Below, one piece after another: positions 1 through 8,085 of a stretch of 35,813 nt of DNA. The stretch comes from a virus: IMG/VR virus record IMGVR_UViG_3300045988_082386; one strand, given 5' to 3'. How positions within the stretch are numbered: the first letter of the stretch is position 1; each line of letters opens with the position of its first letter. The position numbers and the translations under genes were made by a program. The notes below the pieces were generated by a model. The model saw only the letters and a list, made by a program, of their open reading frames with translations, did not search any database and had not been told where the DNA came from.

Positions 1-55
1 ATTTATAGGCTATTCGCCATTATATCGTATTATTCGATAATTGTAGCAACCTTAC
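1..55 (+). repeat. Left copy of exact 55-bp terminal direct repeat
   Basis: atttataggctattcgccattatatcgtattattcgataattgtagcaaccttac is identical to 35759-35813. Confidence 0.97.
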
Positions 56-152
56 TAGATATGATTATTTTTATTGTTTTCACATTATTTTAGTTATTTA
101 TTATTGATTTATTTTAAGTAATTATATTACTTCTATATATTCTTATAAATAA

Positions 153-173
153 ATAATGTCATTTTAATGTCAT
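153..173 (+). promoter_or_regulatory. Candidate integrase arm-type site pair (2x TAATGTCA)
   Basis: ataatgtcattttaatgtcat matches 35698-35718 at 19/21 positions in the same orientation. It contains two TAATGTCA octamers 12 bp apart. Confidence 0.45.
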
Positions 174-244
174 AGTTCATTCAAACACATACAATAAATA
201 TTTAATTTTCATATGTCCAATAACCGCTTTATATTGTCCTTTAT

Positions 245-949
245 TTATTTGCAAATTTTTGTGTTTACATTGTATACCCAACAATCATGTCCCATTATGT
301 GGTAAAACTTACCTTGAACCTTATCCACTGCAAGTCTCTGACCTTTCTTAAATTTACCAAGGCTCTTTGTTCTTGCTAATGCTTTAGGCTCTTTTCTCTT
401 GTGGCAGTTCTTTGTTGTCTTAATATACTTAATTGGCTTTTTAATTAAGAACAGATATTTAACATACTGCTCCCACTCTGCTCTTGTTGTTGTCTCCCAT
501 TTTCCACCACTGTTCCAAGGATCATAAATATAAATGTGGTCTTTTGTAACTTTACGTACAAAAACATAATGGCCAGATGTAGTCCAGATTGATTTTCCCA
601 TGCAGGCAATTCCAACATATCTTCCCCCTTTAATCTTTTTAAGGAAATCAGTTACAACTGCTGCATTTTTCTTTCCATATAAGCTTGTGTAATTTAACTG
701 TACAGAATTAGCATAGCCATAATGCTTCAATGCCTTAACCATTCCACTATAGTATGTACCTGAGCCGTGACAAGAACAACCATTATCTTCCATCCATTTT
801 GCTGTTTTTGCTGGTGTAATAGATGGGACTAAATCATATACTGCATCTGCTATAGATGTTGGACCACAACCTTGTGCTGAAATTGTTCCCCCGGAATAAT
901 AATTCTTGTTCCACTTAGTATCTTTCTGCTTAAAATTCTTATATCCCAT
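245..949 (-). CDS. Endolysin candidate: papain-like (peptidase C39-like) cysteine peptidase with C-terminal SH3b-like wall-binding domain
   Basis: N-terminal YYSGG..QGCGPTS carries the catalytic Cys motif, followed later by SGHYVFV...YDPW (His/Asp). A basic linker leads to a C-terminal segment GQRLAVDKVQGKFYHI..CWVY that resembles SH3. SD GAGGTG lies 6 nt upstream. It is the last gene of the lysis cassette. Confidence 0.7.
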   Translation of the reverse strand: MGYKNFKQKDTKWNKNYYSGGTISAQGCGPTSIADAVYDLVPSITPAKTAKWMEDNGCSCHGSGTYYSGMVKALKHYGYANSVQLNYTSLYGKKNAAVVTDFLKKIKGGRYVGIACMGKSIWTTSGHYVFVRKVTKDHIYIYDPWNSGGKWETTTRAEWEQYVKYLFLIKKPIKYIKTTKNCHKRKEPKALARTKSLGKFKKGQRLAVDKVQGKFYHIMGHDCWVYNVNTKICK

Positions 950-952
950 AAT

Positions 953-1255
953 TTACACCTCACTTTCCATCACTTCAATTCCATATTCTTCTGCACATGT
1001 ATGCTCAATCTTACATCCTCTGTATTTATCCCAATCTTTACAGAAATATGCAATATCTGCATCTGCCAAAAGTTCCAAGCTCTTACCTAAAAACCACAAT
1101 GGCTTTGCATTATGTGGTGCATTTTCAAAAAAGCTGTCAATGATTTCTACCTCTTCATTATGCTTTTCCCTTATTGCTTTAATTGCTTTTTCTCTTTCTG
1201 ACTTAATCTGTTCATCTGTTTTGTCTCTCATTGGCTGACTTATAAATACTTTCAT
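953..1255 (-). CDS. DUF4406-like (nucleoside 2-deoxyribosyltransferase-like fold) protein
   Basis: MKVFISQPMRD at the N-terminus and ADADIAYFCKDWDKYRGCKIEHTCAEEYGIEV near the C-terminus match the pattern I recall for DUF4406. SD GAGGGA is present. The gene lies between holin and endolysin. Confidence 0.55.
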   Translation of the reverse strand: MKVFISQPMRDKTDEQIKSEREKAIKAIREKHNEEVEIIDSFFENAPHNAKPLWFLGKSLELLADADIAYFCKDWDKYRGCKIEHTCAEEYGIEVMESEV

Positions 1256-1260
1256 TCTAA

Positions 1261-1722
1261 TTATCCCTCGCTTTCTTCATCATCCATATGTATCTTTTCT
1301 TCTGTCTGACTTTTTATGTTCTTAACTAATGGCATCAGAAAAGATGGTATTTCAACTCCAATATCTACTATGTTTTCTAAAATGCTTATCAGTTCATTAC
1401 ATGTAATCCATATTGCAACTATGCAGCTTACCAGAAACGTAAACGGAAGTGTTATTCCTGCTGTTTGTGATGCATACAAAATCAGTTGGTCTATTACTGC
1501 ACCTACAACTACCAACAGCCACATTGACACTTTCTTTGCAATTCCCCTAAAGCTCTTGTATGAACTTATGGTTCCATCTTCTCTGTACTTTGCAGCCATT
1601 AAGCCTGTTCCATAGTCAATAATGTTACAAAGCACCATTAATAATGTAGGAATGTATAATATTCCTAATATGGAAGACAACATGCTTCCTATTGCTGTTA
1701 CGATTTCTTTAATGTGTTTCAT
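1261..1722 (-). CDS. Holin (phage_holin_4 / TcdE-like family)
   Basis: It has multiple TM helices. The stretch NIIDYGTGLMAAKYREDGTISSYKSFRGIAKKV is typical of the toxin-secretion/phage-lysis holin family. SD AAGGAG is present and the gene lies upstream of the lysin. Confidence 0.88.
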   Translation of the reverse strand: MKHIKEIVTAIGSMLSSILGILYIPTLLMVLCNIIDYGTGLMAAKYREDGTISSYKSFRGIAKKVSMWLLVVVGAVIDQLILYASQTAGITLPFTFLVSCIVAIWITCNELISILENIVDIGVEIPSFLMPLVKNIKSQTEEKIHMDDEESEG

Positions 1723-1751
1723 ATTTGTACTCCTTTTCTTTATTTTGCTGT

Positions 1752-1780
1752 AAAAAACAAGACCTTATGTTTACGGTCCT
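1752..1780 (-). terminator. Weak intrinsic terminator candidate between tail-fibre genes and lysis cassette
   Basis: On the minus strand, AGGACC-N10-GGTCTT is followed by GTTTTTT. The stem needs a G.U pair that is valid only on the minus strand. The stem is short (6 bp). Confidence 0.3.
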
Positions 1781-1815
1781 AAATGCACTTACTTATAAAT
1801 TTTCTCTTAAAAAAA

Positions 1816-2130
1816 TTACAATTTTTCTGTAATTTCCTTAACCATTCCATCATTTGAAGGGATTATACTTTCGATAATATCGTCAAAGTCTACACCCAAA
1901 GTTGTAAAATAACTTGTTACAAGTGAACTGTCCTGTTCTTCATCATAGTTTTTTCCACCATCTGTGGTTTTTCTTAAAACAGAAGCTGTTCTACTGTAAA
2001 AGCAGATTTTTGTATTATCAATTACACCTTCAAATACAATATAGGTATCCTCTACATACTGATAAACATCCGTATTTTCAGGATACAAGTATTGCATAGG
2101 ATATGTTTTTTTAAAAATTCTTTTTTTCAT
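1816..2130 (-). CDS. Hypothetical protein (tail-fibre module, possibly fibre accessory)
   Basis: An ORF with an SD-like GGAAAGGCGG. I recognise no motif. Confidence 0.55.
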   Translation of the reverse strand: MKKRIFKKTYPMQYLYPENTDVYQYVEDTYIVFEGVIDNTKICFYSRTASVLRKTTDGGKNYDEEQDSSLVTSYFTTLGVDFDDIIESIIPSNDGMVKEITEKL

Positions 2131-2154
2131 TATTAACCGCCTTTCCTTATATTA

Positions 2155-3096
2155 TTAACCTGTAATAAAAGATACTGAAAATGATAAACTTGTATTAATA
2201 GGAATAGTTGAACCACCACTATATTTTGCAATTACTACATTTCCACTTGCATTAATTATCATTAACCAATACTTACCTGAACCAAGGTCACCACAAATGC
2301 GATACAACGGATCTGCTGGTCTGTACCCCGATGGTAATGTAAATATCTTATAAAATGTAGACGAGGATGTTGTATTTATTGCTGCACTTGTAGTGATAAC
2401 CCCTCGTAAATCAACAACTTTTCCAACACGTCTATATCTGCAACGATAATTACTTGCACAGGCTATATTAGAACCAAAATTTGTAATGTTTTGCCATCCG
2501 GTATCATAAGTCTGTCCATTTAATTTCAAAATGCTAACATCTGCATCACCTAAGCTTAAGGTTCCTTGACCTGCCGTTATTCTCACATCATAATCAGATG
2601 TGCTTGTTGCACTTGCATGGAAGTCAATATATTTTCCAACTTCCATAACACCATCTGCACCAATGCTTGGAATTGTTGAAAACACCTGATTAGTTCCAGC
2701 GTTTACAGGAAAGCCACCAAGTTTCTTTGCGTTGTTTGCATCACCACCAGCAGAATCAGAACCAGCATATTTGGATATAACAGTGTCAGTTAATGCCAAG
2801 GTAGACCATGAACTCCATCCACCGCTGTTGTATCTTTTATACATTTTATTCAAGGCAACGTCAGGAATCCAAATCTGAAATACAGTTCCTTCTCCACTTA
2901 CATACAAAGTTCCCCAGTTAGTTGTAGGGCAGTTCGTACAAGCTGTTGTCTTAATATGATAAATACCTGTATTTGTTAATGTGTTCCAATCAGTAGCTGT
3001 AGTTATTACATACTGCCTGATGTACATACTTTTAAGTAGGCCCTGAATTATTCCTAATCCGGTTAAATCTAAAACTTCCATTGTTTCTTTAGCCAT
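2155..3096 (-). CDS. Tail fibre / receptor-binding protein with pyocin-knob-like domain
   Basis: TATDWNTLTNTGIYHI...TNCPT..WGTLYV resembles a pyocin knob domain. MEVGKYIDFH...SDYDVRIT is a motif common in fibre tips. SD GAGGTG is present. Confidence 0.7.
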   Translation of the reverse strand: MAKETMEVLDLTGLGIIQGLLKSMYIRQYVITTATDWNTLTNTGIYHIKTTACTNCPTTNWGTLYVSGEGTVFQIWIPDVALNKMYKRYNSGGWSSWSTLALTDTVISKYAGSDSAGGDANNAKKLGGFPVNAGTNQVFSTIPSIGADGVMEVGKYIDFHASATSTSDYDVRITAGQGTLSLGDADVSILKLNGQTYDTGWQNITNFGSNIACASNYRCRYRRVGKVVDLRGVITTSAAINTTSSSTFYKIFTLPSGYRPADPLYRICGDLGSGKYWLMIINASGNVVIAKYSGGSTIPINTSLSFSVSFITG

Positions 3097-3111
3097 AATG
3101 CACCTCTTTTC

Positions 3112-3936
3112 CTACTGTTCAAACAATGCTCTAATTTTATCGGCTGAAATGGAAACTATGGTTACACCTTCTAAAGATTCAACTCTACCTTGTAACGCTT
3201 CAATATTATCTGTATTTGTTTTTACCTGCCCATTTGCGAGTTCTTTAACTGCGTTCTTGGCATTTGTTTCAGCAGTATCAGCCTTTGTTTTAGCATCTGT
3301 AGCAGCCGCACTAATGGCTTCCTGTTTAGCAGTAGCGATAGCAGCTGTGAAATCTACACTGGCAACCTTAGAATTAATATATTCTACGATTGTTTTTGAT
3401 TCGCTACCTTCAGGTAATGAACCTACTAATTTAACTAAATTAGCAATATCAGTCTTATTTGTTTGAATAGTCTGATTCATTGCCGACGCATCATTTTCAT
3501 GTGTTGAAATCCAGGTTGCTATTTCTTTTAAAGTATCATAAGCTTCTGGTGCTTCAGCTATAATTTTAGCTACGGCATCTGCCACCTGTTTAGCAACAGA
3601 GCCTTCAGTCTGTGCGTTTCCATTTAATGTTGCTATTGCAGTAGTATTGGCTTCCACATCAGACTTTATTTTTGAATCATCATAAGTGACTGACTTTATC
3701 TTGGCTTCTAATTCTACTTTCACTGACTTAATAAGAGCTCTTACGGAATCTTCCGTATTTTCGTCACCATTTAACTTATCTAAAGCATCATTAATATTTT
3801 TAAGTTCAGTCTTTTTTAATTCATCAATTTTTGTCTGTGCTGTACCTACTGTTTCTTTCTGCTCAAGTAATGCCAGTATCTCTGAATGATAAATTGACAA
3901 ACCAAGGGCATCTAATACTTCCTTTATTTCTGACAT
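3112..3936 (-). CDS. Coiled-coil tail fibre shaft protein
   Basis: The sequence is long and Ala/Lys/Glu-rich with heptad-like repeats. SD GGAGGAG is present. It lies directly upstream of the knob protein. Confidence 0.6.
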   Translation of the reverse strand: MSEIKEVLDALGLSIYHSEILALLEQKETVGTAQTKIDELKKTELKNINDALDKLNGDENTEDSVRALIKSVKVELEAKIKSVTYDDSKIKSDVEANTTAIATLNGNAQTEGSVAKQVADAVAKIIAEAPEAYDTLKEIATWISTHENDASAMNQTIQTNKTDIANLVKLVGSLPEGSESKTIVEYINSKVASVDFTAAIATAKQEAISAAATDAKTKADTAETNAKNAVKELANGQVKTNTDNIEALQGRVESLEGVTIVSISADKIRALFEQ

Positions 3937-4401
3937 TTATTCTCCTCCTTCCTGTCTGAATAAGTTTTTTATGTAATCTTTTGAAATAACCTCCACTGTT
4001 TCTCCTACCTTGACATACTCATTTGAAGACGTATTCCACACAGATATATTTCTTTCTGCCATATTCACATACAACTCATTATCTTTACCTTTAGACGGTA
4101 AAACATAACTCTTAACAAGATTGCACTGTTCCTTTCCTGTAACCTGCACCCACTGATTATCATAAAACCATAGAATTCCTGTTTTTTTCACAAAGCAAAA
4201 ACAGGTTGAATCTGTTTCATAATCTTCTCTTTCTTCATCTGTTTCAAGAATGTTTATTTTGTTATAGAATGTTCTTTTCCCATTTAAGTCAAGAACAATT
4301 CTCCCCTTATCTTTTACAAAAATAAGTTGTCCGTCAGTTATGGATATATCCTGTAGTTTTTTCTGTTCTGTTGCAACTATTGATAACTTATGTTTTTCCA
4401 T
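3937..4401 (-). CDS. Hypothetical tail/baseplate-associated protein
   Basis: An ORF with SD GGAGTG, abutting the next gene with no intergenic gap (stop TAA followed directly by ATG). Assigned by synteny within the tail-tip module. Confidence 0.55.
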   Translation of the reverse strand: MEKHKLSIVATEQKKLQDISITDGQLIFVKDKGRIVLDLNGKRTFYNKINILETDEEREDYETDSTCFCFVKKTGILWFYDNQWVQVTGKEQCNLVKSYVLPSKGKDNELYVNMAERNISVWNTSSNEYVKVGETVEVISKDYIKNLFRQEGGE

Positions 4402-4415
4402 CCATATTTCACTCC

Positions 4416-4946
4416 TTATACTTCTGTAATGAAAACTGCTGCGCTGTCCTTAACTTCCTGAATTATTTCCTGTTTATCCTCTTCGGTAATAACATAATCC
4501 TGACCGTTAAATTTTCCACTGTCCGCATCTTTCCTTATTGATTCCGCTATCTCCTTTGTTTCCTGCATTATTCCTTCCACCTGTTGTCTGAAACTTTCTT
4601 CCTCTGGTTCTGGAACTATATCACCCGGTCTTGCGCGGGGAATAATAGGGATAGTTATTTTCTTTTTAGTTGTTTGCGAATCTTCATTTATATATTGAAC
4701 ATACGCTGTAATTTCCAATCCTTCTGCAATTAAAAAGTCAGGTATGATAACCTGACTTTCCTGAATTATTCTGTTTGAAGTTTTTTCTGAATTACTATTT
4801 GAAAACTGTACTTCTGCTCCATCTGGAACATTAATGAATTTTAAAATTTGACCGGTATCATGTTGAAACACCGCTGGTGTTGTGACTTTGATATTGCTGC
4901 CAAATTCAATAGAAATAATATTTTCTTCTTTTGATGTACTATTCAC
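4416..4946 (-). CDS. Hypothetical tail/baseplate-associated protein
   Basis: A GTG start with SD GGAGGTG at 8-nt spacing. Assigned by synteny. Confidence 0.55.
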   Translation of the reverse strand: MNSTSKEENIISIEFGSNIKVTTPAVFQHDTGQILKFINVPDGAEVQFSNSNSEKTSNRIIQESQVIIPDFLIAEGLEITAYVQYINEDSQTTKKKITIPIIPRARPGDIVPEPEEESFRQQVEGIMQETKEIAESIRKDADSGKFNGQDYVITEEDKQEIIQEVKDSAAVFITEV

Positions 4947-4949
4947 TGA

Positions 4950-5249
4950 TTATACACCTCCTAACCTTTCTTTGAGTTTAGCCACTTCATTTTTTACTTC
5001 ATTAATTTTGTCACGCATATTTTGTCTTTCAATGTGAAGTTGCTCTATATCATATTCTAATTCTTTGCCTATTAAGCTGTTTTCGTAAGATTTAATAATT
5101 TTATAATCTGATTCACTTAATATTCTTTCTAAATCAGCCAATTCTTCATTCTTCTGCATTAATTCTTTTTCTACATTCTCATGTTCTTCGATCATTTTTA
5201 ATTCTTCTTCTGTAGCTTCTCGCTCTAAACCATCTTCAATAATTATCAT
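4950..5249 (-). CDS. Small coiled-coil protein (XkdW-like / fibre-assembly-like)
   Basis: The protein is Glu/Lys-rich and predicted coiled-coil. The SDYKIIK...ERQNMRDKIN pattern is reminiscent of tail-fibre assembly proteins. SD GGAGTAAG is present. Confidence 0.5.
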   Translation of the reverse strand: MIIIEDGLEREATEEELKMIEEHENVEKELMQKNEELADLERILSESDYKIIKSYENSLIGKELEYDIEQLHIERQNMRDKINEVKNEVAKLKERLGGV

Positions 5250-5251
5250 AC

Positions 5252-7648
5252 TTACTCCTTCTTTGCAGTATATTCGTCCTTTAAGGATGTAACTCCTGAC
5301 ATTGTCTTTTCAAATACAACCGAGTCAATCTGTTCTCTAACTGTAACAGGATTTCCATCAGAATCTGATGACCACTTATCTACACCAAATGTAACCATAT
5401 CTCCCGGTTCTAAAAAAGGAAGTCCCAGCGAATTTAATTTGAATGGTCTGTAGACTAACGAGCCATACTTTTCAGGAGCATCAATAAACTGGTACAACCG
5501 TTCAGCAGACATCCATTTCTTGAAAAGTGGATTCAATGTAAAAGATACTTTATTTGAATTAGAACTTCCGTAAAGCACATTGCTACCATCTTCATCTGTA
5601 ATATAGCGACCTGTTAAATTAAACTTATCATCTTCAAGTTCAATATTTTCTATCTCATATATAAACGATAAATTGATTTTTCCGTTTGGATGATATAACA
5701 AATTCTTTGGTTTCCAAAAGTTCTTTAGCACATTGCCTGATAAATCCCATTCCTTCGAAAAAACTTCTCTTGCAGTATATAATGTAGCCTTAAATGTTTT
5801 CCAAAATTTCTCATTAACTTTTGACACCACAATTGAATAAGAATTTGTAATATATTCATTTAGATATATAGTTTGACTTTGCTTTATGTTAATGCCACCT
5901 AAACTAATACTTACGCCTAACTCTTCTGCTAAATCATTATCAAACTCAAACACAATCTTCCAATCATTGTTTAGTTGTCTGGGTGGTAGGTATTTATAAC
6001 CTCCTCTAACATTCATAAATTCCAAAACTTCTGCTCCATAATATGGATATGATGATTCTTCATCTATAAATTGTAGGTTACTCAAATCTCTTTGGCACTC
6101 ATAATACCTTGTTTCATTGTATTCGTTTGTGAATTTAACTACATCTCCAGCTTTGTATTCTGTTCCGCTTTCCTTAGAATATTCGCCCTTATAATTTGAA
6201 TCTTCTACTGCCGATTTTTTAAATATTTCTATATATTTAATTTTTTCATCAACAGGGTCTAAATATCCATCTACTAAATTGCCATTACAAATCCACTGTA
6301 GCATTTGCTGTCCTGAATATTCTTTTTCTAGTTTTCCAATAGTAAGCTGTGAATCATCATTAAATAACGTGGTACTTTGCTGAGTAATTCCTAAATATTT
6401 ACACACTCCATCTCTCAATGTTTTAAAAGTAGGTCTGTTAGGATAATAATTCGATAATCTTTGTATATATTGTGTTCCAAGTAATGTTCCATTAATACTT
6501 GCAGTATATACATTAGCTAGAGTCATTCTTTTGAAACTTGGGAAATCATAAGTACGTTTAAAACGATAGTAATATCTAATTGTTTTGCCATTTACAGTTG
6601 TGTCTTCATAAACTACCTGATTTGTCTTATATTCTATATTTTGAGTGTATTTTCCCTGATAGTCATACAATTCAATATAACCTTTTCCATTGCTGTCCAC
6701 AGTATTTATTAAACTTTTTATAGATGTACTTTGAAAATCATACAATTTATCGTAGGCTGTCAAATCCTTATAGCGTGGATCAGATGTTTGTTTTATGAAG
6801 CTTTTGATTTTCCCTCTAAAAATAACAATATCCTGAGTATTAGATGTATCTATGTAACCATATAATTTTTCACAGTAATCTAACTTAGTTGGGTAAAGTT
6901 CGTACTCCATAAGAGTTGTTAGTTCGTAAACTCTTAAACTGTCTAAGAAATCTACCAAAACATCCCTATCATCACATTTTACTTCTGAAAACCATCCCTC
7001 TAGTGAATTTCCATGTGAATCGCTTTTCGCAAAAATTATGTCTTTATTGTCATAATTTGATGTCAAATTATTAATGTGTCCATAGTATGATCCATTTTTA
7101 TACCATGTTCTAACAAACATTGATAAGCCTTCAGGAACAACTTTTGTTCTTTCTATGTAAACTCCCACTAACCTTTCAGGGGACCTACCAGGAAGTGCGT
7201 ACTTTGAAGCTGATTCTTTATATTTCCATTCATTGAAATTAACTTCTGTTCTTTTCAATAAACTTGATCTTGATGTTGATATAGGTGTTTCGTTATATTT
7301 ATAATACTCTCCGTCAAATTTGACTATATCACCCTCAACATAATTCACTCCTTCCTGCCACTCACCCTTATAGTTATCATCTTTTACACTTAAAGATACT
7401 ACTATATTCTTATTCGTAATATCGTCATTTATATCAAAGGTAGTAACTTTAAATTCTGTAGCAATGCATCCCTGAACCATCATTTTTGAATCAGAGCATA
7501 TAGATCTTAACAAATTCATGCTATCTTCTTTTATATTATCGTTTGTTATGTCTTTGATATTAGAATCATTAGGGAAAGATATTGTCAGCTTTTTATTTAC
7601 ATTATGTTCCGTATAAGCTCTAATAGTATCATCATTTACATTTAACAT
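5252..7648 (-). CDS. Tail-tip / baseplate protein (Tal-like) with two CBM5/12-like carbohydrate-binding inserts
   Basis: A 798-aa ORF directly after the Dit-like gene. I moved the start to ATG 7648, which has SD AAGGAGG 5 nt upstream; the ORF-track TTG at 7669 lies before that SD. It contains two W/Y..Y..GD(I/V)VKF..Y(Y) motifs. Confidence 0.7.
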   Translation of the reverse strand: MLNVNDDTIRAYTEHNVNKKLTISFPNDSNIKDITNDNIKEDSMNLLRSICSDSKMMVQGCIATEFKVTTFDINDDITNKNIVVSLSVKDDNYKGEWQEGVNYVEGDIVKFDGEYYKYNETPISTSRSSLLKRTEVNFNEWKYKESASKYALPGRSPERLVGVYIERTKVVPEGLSMFVRTWYKNGSYYGHINNLTSNYDNKDIIFAKSDSHGNSLEGWFSEVKCDDRDVLVDFLDSLRVYELTTLMEYELYPTKLDYCEKLYGYIDTSNTQDIVIFRGKIKSFIKQTSDPRYKDLTAYDKLYDFQSTSIKSLINTVDSNGKGYIELYDYQGKYTQNIEYKTNQVVYEDTTVNGKTIRYYYRFKRTYDFPSFKRMTLANVYTASINGTLLGTQYIQRLSNYYPNRPTFKTLRDGVCKYLGITQQSTTLFNDDSQLTIGKLEKEYSGQQMLQWICNGNLVDGYLDPVDEKIKYIEIFKKSAVEDSNYKGEYSKESGTEYKAGDVVKFTNEYNETRYYECQRDLSNLQFIDEESSYPYYGAEVLEFMNVRGGYKYLPPRQLNNDWKIVFEFDNDLAEELGVSISLGGINIKQSQTIYLNEYITNSYSIVVSKVNEKFWKTFKATLYTAREVFSKEWDLSGNVLKNFWKPKNLLYHPNGKINLSFIYEIENIELEDDKFNLTGRYITDEDGSNVLYGSSNSNKVSFTLNPLFKKWMSAERLYQFIDAPEKYGSLVYRPFKLNSLGLPFLEPGDMVTFGVDKWSSDSDGNPVTVREQIDSVVFEKTMSGVTSLKDEYTAKKE

Positions 7649-7658
7649 ATCTTCCTCC

Positions 7659-8066
7659 TTAATACTCAATTAATGTAATTTTAATTGGATTATACAAAAG
7701 TTCCTTACCAAAGCTGTTTTTTATAGTGTAATCAGTATCTGGAATATACATATATGCCTTTTGGTATCTCAAACTTTCTGTACTCCAATATGTAACTCGA
7801 ACCTTTCTCTCTCTTGCATTAACAGTTCCTATTGCAATAATACTGGATATTTCTTTATATTCACTTAGTAAAAGAGGTGGTGTTTCAAATTCTATTTTTG
7901 TTTTGTAATTTGGAGAAGTTTGTCTAACAAGATAATTATCAGCGTTTCTGTATGCTTTTAATTCCGTCCTCTGATTATCAGTGGAGACATAAGATTCACT
8001 TTTAATATATTTCATTGGAAAAACTGCGCTTCCAAACTTAAGTAAATATCCTTGATATTCTGCCAT
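7659..8066 (-). CDS. Distal tail protein-like (Dit/DUF6711-like)
   Basis: It lies immediately after the tape measure gene. SD GGAGG is present. The protein looks beta-rich. The call rests mainly on synteny. Confidence 0.5.
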   Translation of the reverse strand: MAEYQGYLLKFGSAVFPMKYIKSESYVSTDNQRTELKAYRNADNYLVRQTSPNYKTKIEFETPPLLLSEYKEISSIIAIGTVNARERKVRVTYWSTESLRYQKAYMYIPDTDYTIKNSFGKELLYNPIKITLIEY

Positions 8067-8085
8067 AATCCTATACCTCCACTAA

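Noticed and set aside
1-244. Search for tRNA genes, CRISPR repeats or transposon ends in the AT-rich terminal and intergenic regions
   Set aside because: I found no cloverleaf-compatible sequence (no GTTCGAATC-like T-arm), no regularly spaced repeat-spacer pattern, and no transposase or terminal inverted repeats. The only repeats are the 55-bp termini and the TAATGTCA pairs reported above.
906-1238. Plus-strand ORFs antisense to confident minus-strand genes: 906..1238, 1316..1615, 1914..2099, 3098..3466, 3686..3889, 11080..11496, 11250..11438, 11622..11873, 12166..12399, 15470..15712, 15703..15966, 17375..17575, 18011..18247, 19082..19297, 19711..19926, 20392..20601, 20964..21209, 22003..22206, 23605..23850, 23961..24146, 25519..25935, 25574..25819, 25877..26077, 26660..26875, 27235..27468, 27601..27876, 27967..28149, 28223..28543, 30225..30440, 30299..30532, 30545..30919, 30714..30926 and 30927..31403
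   Set aside because: All lie opposite well-supported genes, lack ribosome-binding sites, and have the Ser/Leu/Phe/Cys-rich composition typical of antisense frames in AT-rich DNA.
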